Source of the DNA: an uncultured bacterium | GTDB taxonomy: Bacteria; Patescibacteriota; JABMPQ01; CAVVCK01 | Assembly: GCA_963746775.1 (NCBI GenBank) | Contig: CAVVCK010000002.1 | Coordinates: 11,571 to 75,570, forward strand | DNA length: 64,000 nucleotides | Reading direction: 5' to 3' | In this document: one piece after another, positions 29,598-38,865 of the stretch | Numbering within the stretch: position 1 is the first letter of the stretch | How the letters are laid out: each line of letters opens with the position of its first letter | Made by a program: the position numbers and the translations under genes | Notes under the pieces: model-generated | Databases searched by the model: none | What the model saw: only the letters and a program-made list of their open reading frames with translations | Told to the model about the DNA's origin: nothing

Positions 29598-31514
29598 TTA
29601 GAAGTTTCCCAATGCTATATCAACTCCTCCTCTAAATTTATCGCTATAAGCAAAAAAACTTAGTAAATCATAAGGCGTACCATCGGCTTCAAAAGCTCTG
29701 ACTTGTGGTCCGCCTAATTTAGCGGCACCGGTTAATATTTCTGCCTTGCCATCCCTATCAATATCTCCCATGTCTATAGTAGCCCCAAGAGGCACCTCCC
29801 CGTAAGCTTTCCATTCACCGCGCAATGTATGCTCAGAATTATACGAAAAAACTCGGCATAAAGATTCATCATTTGCCTTACAAACACCGATTTCATCTTT
29901 GCCGTCTCCATCGATATCTCCCGCAGCTACATTGATTCCTCCCTTGTAAGATTGATCAAAAGCAAAAAACTGAATAGGCAAAGGCGTACCATCAGCTTCA
30001 AATATTCTGACCTGTGGTCCCCCACCTTCTCCGGCACCTACTATTATTTCATCCTGGCCATCATAATCTACATCACCAAAAGCGATTGAGGCGCCAGATT
30101 TTACTTCACCAAAAGCATCCCACTGTCCAACCAATGTCTTATCATTATTATATCGATAAATTTTCACAGTAGCTTTTGCTCCTTGCTCTGGAACAATGCC
30201 GATTTCATCTTTGCCGTCTCCATCGATATCTCCCGCAGCCACATTAATACCCATATTATCACTGGGATTAAAAGGCCACAATTCAATTCCTCGGGGGGTT
30301 CCGTCAGCTTCAAAAATACGCACCTGTGGACCGCCACCTTTCTTGGGAGCAGTAATAATTTCATCCTGACCATCGGCGTCAACATCTCCGGCAGCAATAT
30401 TAACTCCTCTCCTGAAATTTTCCGGATAAGGAAATAATTTATTGGGATCAGCTTGGGGTGTTCCATTTAAATCAAATACTCTAACGTGCGGACCTCCTCC
30501 TGGACCAGCCGCGGTAGCTATTTTCAAAATATCCCCAGTCAGATTAGCAGGTATGTCTTTATACCAACTCCAAGCAGCGCGTGGATTCATGTTTGTATCT
30601 AGTAAGCCAAAATTATTTTCGTAATTACCACGGTAATCATAATTTCTAATATTATATAAAAATATTCTTTCAATAAAACCTGTATTTAGAACTTGGGAAA
30701 CTGTATTTTGTAAATACTTTTTTTGGGCATTTTCATCTATTCCCTCCATTCCAGTTGAACAGCCAAGCTCTGTAATCCAAGCTTTCTTTCCGGGAGTGTA
30801 TTTATTAACAACACTTTTAAAACTGTTTAGGTCTTCTAATAATTTATGATTATTCCCATCATCTCTATAATAACCGCAATAATAAATATGAAAATTAATC
30901 GCATCATATTTATTGGTCTGACTAGCTATGCCTTCCATGAAATTATTATCAGGGTTAGCCAAGCCTCCTATTAAGACAGTAGCCTTAGGATCAATTAATT
31001 TTATAGTATCATAAGCAGAATTTAACATAGGCACATAATAATTCGGACTAGTGGGTACTAAATAATCAGGTGAATCTGGTTCATTCCAAATTTCCCAAAC
31101 GTCAACGTATTCATTATATCTAGCTACGACTGATCGAACATATTCCTCCCAAACATCTGGGTGAGGAGGGGTGAAGACACCATGATCAGGACCGTAAGCT
31201 AGAACGCCCACTACTTTAATTCCTAATTCTTCATATTCCTTCATAATAGAATCATATCTATCCAGCCAAAGATGGCCTTTATCGCCCAATATAGCTTCGG
31301 TAGAAAAATGCTCACGTACCCATTTGGTATTACTTTCCCGAAGCCTATATCTATATTGATCTTCTAGTCCGGAAGCGCCTAGCGTCCAGTGAACGTTGAG
31401 GCCTACTTCGTTTTTGGAAGGACTAAAAAATGCTTGGGCATTTTTAGAACCAATTAAAGAAAAAACAAAAACTATTATTAACAAAAAAACTAAATATTTT
31501 TTAAATATTTTCAT
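29598..31514 (-). CDS. Secreted glycoside hydrolase (TIM-barrel, GH5/GH39-like, with the WEIWNEPD acid/base motif) fused to a C-terminal FG-GAP/VCBS repeat module
   Basis: Signal peptide; VWEIWNEPD; at least 6 repeats of AAGDIDGDGKDEI...GGGPQVRIFEADGTP. It contains a perfect 41-bp intragenic direct repeat (29888-29927 and 30199-30239). Confidence 0.7.
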   Translation of the reverse strand: MKIFKKYLVFLLIIVFVFSLIGSKNAQAFFSPSKNEVGLNVHWTLGASGLEDQYRYRLRESNTKWVREHFSTEAILGDKGHLWLDRYDSIMKEYEELGIKVVGVLAYGPDHGVFTPPHPDVWEEYVRSVVARYNEYVDVWEIWNEPDSPDYLVPTSPNYYVPMLNSAYDTIKLIDPKATVLIGGLANPDNNFMEGIASQTNKYDAINFHIYYCGYYRDDGNNHKLLEDLNSFKSVVNKYTPGKKAWITELGCSTGMEGIDENAQKKYLQNTVSQVLNTGFIERIFLYNIRNYDYRGNYENNFGLLDTNMNPRAAWSWYKDIPANLTGDILKIATAAGPGGGPHVRVFDLNGTPQADPNKLFPYPENFRRGVNIAAGDVDADGQDEIITAPKKGGGPQVRIFEADGTPRGIELWPFNPSDNMGINVAAGDIDGDGKDEIGIVPEQGAKATVKIYRYNNDKTLVGQWDAFGEVKSGASIAFGDVDYDGQDEIIVGAGEGGGPQVRIFEADGTPLPIQFFAFDQSYKGGINVAAGDIDGDGKDEIGVCKANDESLCRVFSYNSEHTLRGEWKAYGEVPLGATIDMGDIDRDGKAEILTGAAKLGGPQVRAFEADGTPYDLLSFFAYSDKFRGGVDIALGNF

Positions 31515-31811
31515 GGTAATATTACTTATATAATATTACTTATTTTAGCAGATTTAAATTTAGATTTCAATTGAATATAGAGAATAAATGTAGTGAAGAG
31601 GGATTTTGGATAATGTTAGGGATGTGTGGAGTTTTGTAGTAAGGAGGCTTGTTTTGGGTGGTGGTAGAGGGGTTAGGGGTTTACCCAGTTAGATAATTTC
31701 AAATCTAACGGGGTGAATGCTTGAAGTTCAAAACTCCTTATTTCTTTTCAAATAACAGGCAAAAGGGAAAGGGTTTAAAGGGAAGGAATTTTTGACTTTT
31801 TGTTTGGATTC

Positions 31812-34745
31812 TTATTTTAATTTTTTATAGACTTTCTCAAACATTTTCTCTTTAACAAACTTTCCAAACTCTGCATTTTCTACAATTTTTTTGTAAATAT
31901 CAAAATTGGATTCAACCATAGTATGCAATTGATCCTCAAAGATATGTGCGAAAACAAGCTTGAGTGCGTCTTTGGTGTTTGTTTTAGCGCTTTGGCTCAA
32001 TGTTTCATTCCCAGATAATCTTGTTTGTAATTCGGCAAAAAACACCTTGTCGCCTTCGGTAAAGTCGGTGCCAAATCGCTCGTTCACCTCATTAATTATG
32101 CGCGACAAAAATTCTTTTTCTTCGCCTGCACCTTTTCCTGTTCCCAATCCTTCAATCGGTTTCAATTCACCGGTCTTTTTTTCGAGCTCAATGTTTCCAC
32201 TGGAAATTTGCTGGATGCGATAAGTGTCCATATTCACATTGTCGGTAATTTCCACTGGCAATCTTTCTTTTTCGGCAGGTAATTTACGCCCAAGCATCCG
32301 CAAAAATGCATATAACTTTTCCAAATTTACATCCTTAAACGAGACAATCTGCGACAAAAAAGCATACATGCGAACATAGTTTTTTAATTGATCGCGAAAA
32401 TCAATTTTCTCTTTTTTCTCGCGCTTCAAGTATTCTTCAACAATCGGATCCAAAAGTGGATGCAGTTTTTCTTGCGTTGCTCCGCGTTTGAAAAATACTT
32501 TGGCGAAAGTTTCAACATCATTTTTGGCAAAAATACCAAAATCAAGCAGATTGCGCTCCAAATCATAAAGCTTGTTTGGGTCGGTGGCTTTGGTCAAAAT
32601 AGCTTTGTCATAATACGGCTGAAACGCTTTTTGAATTTCTTCTTCATAATTGGCAAAATCCAAAACCATCGTGTCTTCTTTGCCTTTAGTAGTGCGGTTG
32701 AGCCGGCTCAAAGTTTGCACGGCCATTACGCCACCCAATTTTTTATCAACATACATTGTATGCAAGAGCGGCTGGTCGAATCCGGTTTGGAATTTATTTG
32801 CTACAATCAAAATTTTAAATTCCGGTAATTTGAAGGTGTCGGCGGTGAGCTTATCGCTTCGCAGTCCATTCATGCCGGCTTCGGTATATTCTTTTCCACC
32901 GTCAGTTACCGTGCCGGAAAACGCCACCAAGGTTTTGATCGGGTATTTATGCTCTTTAATATATTGGTCAAAAGCAAGTTTGTAGCGTACCGCATGCAAG
33001 CGTGAACGGGAAACAATCATCGCTTTAGCGTAGCCGTCAATTTTGCGCGTAGTGTGCGATAAATAATGCTCAATAATTAATTCTGTTTTTTTTCCAATAG
33101 CATGATCATGTAATTCCACATATCCCTTCAAAAGCGCGATGCCTTTTTTCTTTTCATATTGCGGATCTTCTTCGGTTTTTTTAATCAAATTAAAGTAAGT
33201 CTGGAAAGTGGTGTAATTTTTGAGCACATCTAAAATAAAACCTTCTTCAATTGCTTGTCGCATTGAATACAAGTGAAACGGCTCAAAAGTTCCATCGGCT
33301 TTTTGGGTGCCGAAAATTTGCATGGTTTTATCTTTTGGTGTGGCGGTAAAGGCAAAGAAGCTGATATTTTTCTGTCTGCCTCGGCTAGATAATTCAGACA
33401 AAATCGCATCTTCGCTCGTCAATTCTTCTTCGCTCTCATTTTCCGCTTCGGCTTCTTCCAACGACCCAAGCGCTTTTTTCAAACTCTTGGTACTCTCGCC
33501 CGATTGTGAAGAGTGTGCCTCGTCAATAATCACAGCAAATTTTTTGCCTCCTTGCTTTGCAAGCTCATCAACAATGTAGGGAAATTTATGCAAAGTGGAA
33601 ACAATGATTTTTTTGCCGGATTCCAGCGCTTCTTTAAGTTGTTTTGAATGTTCGTCAATCGCCGCAACTACACCCTCCACTTGCGCGAATTGCCTAACTT
33701 CATCGCGAAGCTGTTTATCAATTACGCGCCGATCGGAAATAACGATTGCTGTATCAAAAATTTTCTGATCATTGGCATCGTGTAAACTGGAAAGTTTGTG
33801 AGCAAGCCATGAAATTGTTTTTGTCTTTCCGCTTCCGGCGCTGTGCTGAATGAGATATTGCTGACCGGCTCCGTACTCTCGCGCATGAGCCACCATTTTG
33901 CGCAACGCGTCCAACTGATGATAGCGCGGAAAAATAAGCGTCTCTTTTTCTTTTTGATTACCTTCCTCGTCCGTTGTCTTTTCAATAGATACGAGCATAA
34001 ATTCGGCAATAATCTGAAGCAAGCTGTCTTTTTGCAAAACTTCTTCCCATAGATACGCGCTCTTGAACCCGCTCGAATTCACCGGATTGCCAGCGCCGTT
34101 TTCAAAACCTTTGTTAAACGGCAAAAAGAATGTGGATTTGCCAGCCAAATGCGTGGTCATATACACCAAGTCATTATCCACGGCGAAATGCACCAAACAG
34201 CGCTTGAAAGCAAACAAATCCTCACGCTGGTCGCGGTCATAGCGATATTGTTTGATTGCGTCCTGTACATTTTGTCCGGTCAAATAGTTTTTCAGCTCCA
34301 GCGTGGAAATCGGCAAACCGTTCAAGAAAATCACCGTATCCAGCGACTTGCCGTCTTTTTGGCTAAACTTCACCTGTCGCATTATAGAAAAAATATTATT
34401 TTGATGTAAAAGCGCGTGTTCCGGATTCAAAGTGCTCTCGGGCGCGAAATAAACAAGCTGAAAGCGCGAACCGTAATCGGCAAAACCTTTGCGAAATACA
34501 TCTAAAATCCCGCGCGATTCAATCTCGGTTTTAAGACGATAGACAAATTTTGATTTTACTTCTTCGCCGTGCTGTTCTTTGAGTTTCTCCCATTCTTTTG
34601 GCTGGGTGGCGTAGATAAATTCAAAAAGCATTTCCTCGTCCATGCAAGATTCGGCGTTATAATTTTTTGGCTCGCGCGCACGATAGCCGGAAGCGGTCAA
34701 AACCGTTTCAATATGCGCTTCAAATGATTTTTCTGATGTATCCAT
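31812..34745 (-). CDS. hsdR: Type I restriction enzyme, R (restriction/translocase) subunit
   Basis: N-terminal PD-(D/E)xK nuclease (DTVIFLNGLPISTLELKN); SF2 helicase motifs QHSAGSGKTKT and IIDEAHSS; typical HsdR C-terminal region. Confidence 0.95.
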   Translation of the reverse strand: MDTSEKSFEAHIETVLTASGYRAREPKNYNAESCMDEEMLFEFIYATQPKEWEKLKEQHGEEVKSKFVYRLKTEIESRGILDVFRKGFADYGSRFQLVYFAPESTLNPEHALLHQNNIFSIMRQVKFSQKDGKSLDTVIFLNGLPISTLELKNYLTGQNVQDAIKQYRYDRDQREDLFAFKRCLVHFAVDNDLVYMTTHLAGKSTFFLPFNKGFENGAGNPVNSSGFKSAYLWEEVLQKDSLLQIIAEFMLVSIEKTTDEEGNQKEKETLIFPRYHQLDALRKMVAHAREYGAGQQYLIQHSAGSGKTKTISWLAHKLSSLHDANDQKIFDTAIVISDRRVIDKQLRDEVRQFAQVEGVVAAIDEHSKQLKEALESGKKIIVSTLHKFPYIVDELAKQGGKKFAVIIDEAHSSQSGESTKSLKKALGSLEEAEAENESEEELTSEDAILSELSSRGRQKNISFFAFTATPKDKTMQIFGTQKADGTFEPFHLYSMRQAIEEGFILDVLKNYTTFQTYFNLIKKTEEDPQYEKKKGIALLKGYVELHDHAIGKKTELIIEHYLSHTTRKIDGYAKAMIVSRSRLHAVRYKLAFDQYIKEHKYPIKTLVAFSGTVTDGGKEYTEAGMNGLRSDKLTADTFKLPEFKILIVANKFQTGFDQPLLHTMYVDKKLGGVMAVQTLSRLNRTTKGKEDTMVLDFANYEEEIQKAFQPYYDKAILTKATDPNKLYDLERNLLDFGIFAKNDVETFAKVFFKRGATQEKLHPLLDPIVEEYLKREKKEKIDFRDQLKNYVRMYAFLSQIVSFKDVNLEKLYAFLRMLGRKLPAEKERLPVEITDNVNMDTYRIQQISSGNIELEKKTGELKPIEGLGTGKGAGEEKEFLSRIINEVNERFGTDFTEGDKVFFAELQTRLSGNETLSQSAKTNTKDALKLVFAHIFEDQLHTMVESNFDIYKKIVENAEFGKFVKEKMFEKVYKKLK

Positions 34746-34749
34746 AGTA

Positions 34750-35436
34750 TTAAGATTTTATAAGTTCAAATAATTCTTTTACATGTTTCCAATGAATTCC
34801 ACGAAAAATATTTGCGCTACCCGCCTGGTCAGATATTGAATTTGCAAGCACCGCGATTATTTTAGTCAAATCTCTTTTTAGTACAATTGGAGCGCCGGAG
34901 TATCCTCCAGCAACAGCGCCTGATATTTGTATTGTCTTTGGTAAAGTATCCTCCAATATCTCAGTCCCTACTAACCCTTCTGCATAAGTTGGTGTATGCC
35001 TTGCATTTAACAAAGCATTACCAAATGGAAATCCGGCATAAGCCACATCTTCACCCACGCTTATTGTTTCTTCACAAATATCAAGTCCAGATAAAACTTG
35101 TTGCATAAGGTAATTTTCATCTGCTTCGATATTCAAAATTGCCAGATCATGGATATAATCTAAAATTGATATGGTTGCTTTTTTATATTCAACGCCATTA
35201 CCACCGACTACCAACATACCTGAAACCTCAACGGGTGCGCCTATAATATCTTGGACAACATGAGCACATGTGATAAAAGCTTTTTTATCTTTCAGCCAAA
35301 ATCCCGTTCCTTTGATTGTTAATTTTGGGGGCAAAAAATCATTAGTTTGTGGGTTAAACTGTGGTTTAATTATGCCAACAGTTCTTACGGCGCTACATAC
35401 ATAAGGTGCATTGTTTGTTGTTTGGTTCGCTGTCAT
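34750..35436 (-). CDS. Cytoplasmic trypsin-like (S1/Trypsin_2-type) serine protease encoded inside the hsdM-hsdS-X-hsdR operon
   Basis: Catalytic triad candidates: His in FITCAHVV, Asp in HDLAILN, Ser in GGYSGAPIV (GxSGxP). It has no signal peptide and no PDZ domain. It sits 10 nt downstream of hsdS and 4 nt upstream of hsdR. Confidence 0.75.
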   Translation of the reverse strand: MTANQTTNNAPYVCSAVRTVGIIKPQFNPQTNDFLPPKLTIKGTGFWLKDKKAFITCAHVVQDIIGAPVEVSGMLVVGGNGVEYKKATISILDYIHDLAILNIEADENYLMQQVLSGLDICEETISVGEDVAYAGFPFGNALLNARHTPTYAEGLVGTEILEDTLPKTIQISGAVAGGYSGAPIVLKRDLTKIIAVLANSISDQAGSANIFRGIHWKHVKELFELIKS

Positions 35437-35446
35437 ATTATTTTAA

Positions 35447-36727
35447 TTAAATTTTAATTTTACCAGTCACGGCATTAGTAATAAGAGCTTGGCGATATTC
35501 TTGCAGTTTTTCAATTTGCATTTCCACCTTTTTCATCATCTCATTAATCTTCGCCGTCTCACGGTCTATATAATCAATAATTTTTTGCTGTTCCTCTCTT
35601 GATGGATACGCAACCTGCAAAGTTTTTATAAACTCCCATTCGGCACGGGGCATTTTTGCGCCCTGTGTTGAAGAATCAATATAATTTATGAAATCAGCGG
35701 TCAATATCCTATGAAGTAAAAACTTATTTATTAAAAATTTGTTTGTTCTAAAAACAAGCGCTTCGCCGACACACAAGCCATCTCGTTCAGTAATCATAGC
35801 TTTAGCAAGATATGGTCTCAATTTACCGAACAAAACATCTCCGGCAATAAATTTTTTTAGATCTCCTTCTGGGGATTTTTGATTTTCCGGTGATACAAAT
35901 TTTCCAGACCAGCTCTCTATATTTTCCAAAGCAATAATAAGATCGCTTTTGTCGTCATCGGTTGCTTTATCTACAACATTTTTTAAAAGGTAGTTTAATC
36001 GCTTCACTTTCCACCCTTCAGGAATATCTCCTAGCCAATCAATGCCGGAAGGTTTCATTTTTGCTTTTGTATCAATGCCTTTGGTCACGGCGTGCGTAAT
36101 CAGTGCTTGGCGCTTTTCTTTAAGCAAATCAATCATCTTTTGCTTTTTCGCCACCATCTCATCAATTTTCGCCGTCTCTCGGTCGAGAAAATCAGCGATA
36201 GATTTTTGCACCGTTTTTTCCGGGAAAGGAAAAATAATTTGTTTTAATTTTGGCGGTCTAATCTCAAAAATAGTTGTACCGACTGAAATAGCATTTAAAT
36301 AATCTTTCAGGATTTTTAAAGTATAAAATAAATATTTTGTGAATATTTTTTCATTTACTTTAATACCGGCAATACCTTGTTTTGTTGTGAGTGGAATATT
36401 CGCTATTCCAACTTCACCTATTGTTGCTCCAAAAGAGATAATAATATCGCCAACATCCCAAATCTTCGCGTTTGATTCCTTATAACCCTTTTCGCTAATT
36501 TTTTCTTTAGTCTCGTTTATTTCATCTTTAATATCGTCGACAACCAGCCAATTTATATCGCCGTCAAAATTATCAGCCTCACTACGAGAAGGCGTTCCAC
36601 CATCTTCAATAGCCCAGCTCAAATATTTCAACTTGCATTCTTCCCATCCCGCAGGAATATCTCCCAGCCAGTCAATGCCGGATGGTTTATATTTGGAATA
36701 TGTTTTGTATTTTGTCGCGGTAATCAT
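35447..36727 (-). CDS. hsdS: Type I restriction enzyme, S (specificity) subunit with two target-recognition domains
   Basis: Conserved central spacer ...LDRETAKIDEMVAKKQKMIDLLKEKRQALITHAVTKGI and C-terminal repeat LQEYRQALITNAVTGKIKI; a duplicated KPSGIDWLGDIP TRD N-cap. Confidence 0.9.
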   Translation of the reverse strand: MITATKYKTYSKYKPSGIDWLGDIPAGWEECKLKYLSWAIEDGGTPSRSEADNFDGDINWLVVDDIKDEINETKEKISEKGYKESNAKIWDVGDIIISFGATIGEVGIANIPLTTKQGIAGIKVNEKIFTKYLFYTLKILKDYLNAISVGTTIFEIRPPKLKQIIFPFPEKTVQKSIADFLDRETAKIDEMVAKKQKMIDLLKEKRQALITHAVTKGIDTKAKMKPSGIDWLGDIPEGWKVKRLNYLLKNVVDKATDDDKSDLIIALENIESWSGKFVSPENQKSPEGDLKKFIAGDVLFGKLRPYLAKAMITERDGLCVGEALVFRTNKFLINKFLLHRILTADFINYIDSSTQGAKMPRAEWEFIKTLQVAYPSREEQQKIIDYIDRETAKINEMMKKVEMQIEKLQEYRQALITNAVTGKIKI

Positions 36728-36729
36728 AA

Positions 36730-38760
36730 TTAAATATCCGTTAGCATTTTGGCGATTTCATCTTCCAATTTTTTAATATCACCGCCAATTTCATCAAGAG
36801 GACGGAGCGGTTTGTATTCGTAAAAATAGCGGGTAAAGCTAATTTCATAACCCACCTTACCAATTTTGCCGTCTTTGTGATCGCAATATTTTTTATCATC
36901 GCTAATCCATGCGTCCGGAACATGAGGCAAAACTTCGCGCGTAAAATAAGTTTTAATATCCTCGCCGAGCGGGACATTTTCGTAATCGCGCAAATCTACA
37001 TCCGGTTCCGGTTTACCTTTTTTGTCGGTAATAACATCAGCTGTTTCATCGCGTTCGGAAAGTCCCTTGAGAATGGCTTTTTTGACCGGCGCGTCCAGTT
37101 TGAGATCAGCTTTTTTGAAAGTCGCTTCTAAAACTTCAACAAACTTGTCTTGATTTTTATAAAGTGTGTCACCAATGGTGGCAAGCGCTTTTTGAATAGA
37201 TATTTGGAGTGCAAAGCCGGCTTTTTCTTCTTCCAGTTTTTTGAGCGGATCGCGCTTTTTGCTTTTGGCAAGATTTTGAAAAGCGGATTCGGTTTTTAAT
37301 TTTTCTAAACGTTCGGCGCTGGCTTGAAAATTCAGTTTGAGCGGGCGTTCAATCGTGATTTTGCGATAACCGAAAAATTCATTCGGGAACACTTTGACGA
37401 TTTTGCTCTTTTCGCCATCCAAAGTAAGTTCGGTAATTTTTTGGATTTGCTCGTCAGAAATGACATTGCGTTTGTCTCCCAAGCTCTTGCGCATTTTTTC
37501 GTAGAGATCAGCTGCATTGATGAGTTTTACTTTGCCTTTGTGATGATCTTTTTTGCGATTGGTCAGGACCCAAATATAAGTATGAATGCCTGTGTTATAA
37601 AAAAGTTGGTTTGGCAGAGCAATGATTGTCTCCAGTAAATCATTCTCAATAATCCATCTGCGAATTTCGCTTTCACCGCTTCCCGCATCACCTGTAAAGA
37701 GCGGCGATCCGTTCATAACAATAGCGATACGGCTACCACCATTTTTAGGCTTCATTTTAGCAAGCATTGTTTGGAGGAAAAGCAACTGACCGTCGCTAAT
37801 GCGCGGAAGGCCAGCGCCAAATCGTCCTTGAAACCCAAGTTCTGCTTCTTTTTCTATTTCCTTTTGGTCTTTCTTCCATTCCTTGCCATAGGGCGGATTG
37901 GAAAGCATATAATCAAACGTTTGACCGAAGAGATGATCATGCGAAAGTGTAGAGCCGAATTTGATATTATCGGCGTTTTCGCCCTTGATAAGTAGGTCGG
38001 ATTTGGCAACGGCAAAAGTTTCTGGATTCACTTCTTGACCAAACATTTCCACTTGAGCCGTATCGTTTACGCTTTCCAAAATCCATTCTTTGGCTTCGGT
38101 AAGCATGCCGCCGCTTCCGCAAGCCGGATCATAAATGGTTTTGATAATGCGTTGTCTTTTTAAAATTTCCAAATCCGGAGAAAACAGAAGATTGACCATC
38201 AAACGAATAATTTCGCGGGGAGTAAAGTGTTCTCCTGGATTTTCGTTTGAGGCTTCGTTAAATTTACGAATCAATTCTTCAAAAACATAACCCATCGCCA
38301 AATTGCTTACACGATCAGGATGCATTTCGACTTCGCTAAATTGTTCTATAACTTGGTAGGTGAGATTCGCTTCTTCAAGCGCGTCAATTTGCGTGTTGAA
38401 TTTGAACTTATCAATTATTTCGCGCATGAGTGGACTATACGCGTTGATATACAGACGAAGGTTTTTGCCGATATTTTTCGGATCGTCTAAAAGTTTTTTG
38501 AAATCATATTGCGAAGTATTATAAAAATTGTATCCGCTCGCTTTTTTCAAAATACCGTCCATGTCTTCCAGCTTGCCTTTGTATTTTTCATACTTCACCA
38601 AAACATCGGCTTTGGTATCTTCAAGCGCGGCATCAAGACGGCGCAAAACGGTTAGAGGCAAAATAACATCCGGATATTTTGCGCGCTTAAAGTCATCGCG
38701 TAAAAGATTTGCGATGCTCCAGATAAAATTGACGATTTGTTGGTGGTTATTTTGGTTCAT
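36730..38760 (-). CDS. hsdM: Type I restriction enzyme, M (N6-adenine methyltransferase) subunit, with an about-150-aa C-terminal extension
   Basis: HsdM_N domain; motif I DPACGSGGML; motif IV NPPYG. At 676 aa it is longer than typical HsdM (about 520 aa). Confidence 0.95.
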   Translation of the reverse strand: MNQNNHQQIVNFIWSIANLLRDDFKRAKYPDVILPLTVLRRLDAALEDTKADVLVKYEKYKGKLEDMDGILKKASGYNFYNTSQYDFKKLLDDPKNIGKNLRLYINAYSPLMREIIDKFKFNTQIDALEEANLTYQVIEQFSEVEMHPDRVSNLAMGYVFEELIRKFNEASNENPGEHFTPREIIRLMVNLLFSPDLEILKRQRIIKTIYDPACGSGGMLTEAKEWILESVNDTAQVEMFGQEVNPETFAVAKSDLLIKGENADNIKFGSTLSHDHLFGQTFDYMLSNPPYGKEWKKDQKEIEKEAELGFQGRFGAGLPRISDGQLLFLQTMLAKMKPKNGGSRIAIVMNGSPLFTGDAGSGESEIRRWIIENDLLETIIALPNQLFYNTGIHTYIWVLTNRKKDHHKGKVKLINAADLYEKMRKSLGDKRNVISDEQIQKITELTLDGEKSKIVKVFPNEFFGYRKITIERPLKLNFQASAERLEKLKTESAFQNLAKSKKRDPLKKLEEEKAGFALQISIQKALATIGDTLYKNQDKFVEVLEATFKKADLKLDAPVKKAILKGLSERDETADVITDKKGKPEPDVDLRDYENVPLGEDIKTYFTREVLPHVPDAWISDDKKYCDHKDGKIGKVGYEISFTRYFYEYKPLRPLDEIGGDIKKLEDEIAKMLTDI

Positions 38761-38800
38761 AATAGATAATTTGTTATTTAAATTGTATATGTTTTCCCCT

Positions 38801-38862
38801 TATAAATAAACCGTTTTTATAGCCCCACTATGCAACAGAATAGACTCCGCGAAGAAAACACC
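38801..38862 (-). promoter_or_regulatory. Leader repeat X: a 62-nt element about 40 nt upstream of the hsdM start, about 81% identical to repeat Y upstream of mrr
   Basis: 50 of 62 positions match. Shared blocks are TATAAATAAAC, CCCC, AACAGAATA, CGCG and GAAAACACC, at identical spacing to each downstream ATG. Confidence 0.5.
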
Positions 38863-38865
38863 TTA

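Noticed and set aside
30164-30624. Three alternative-frame ORFs (60-100 aa) inside the glycosidase / FG-GAP gene
   Set aside because: Alternative frames of the GC-richer, repeat-containing FG-GAP region. The in-frame repeat protein is strongly supported.
31960-34409. Seven internal ORFs (69-146 aa) on both strands within hsdR
   Set aside because: The higher GC content of the island produces long spurious ORFs. HsdR motifs are continuous in the called frame.
34887-35108. 73-aa plus-strand ORF inside the protease gene
   Set aside because: Antisense; the protease frame carries the catalytic triad.
36042-38809. Seven internal ORFs (61-104 aa) within hsdS and hsdM
   Set aside because: Alternative or antisense frames inside confident CDSs in GC-richer DNA.
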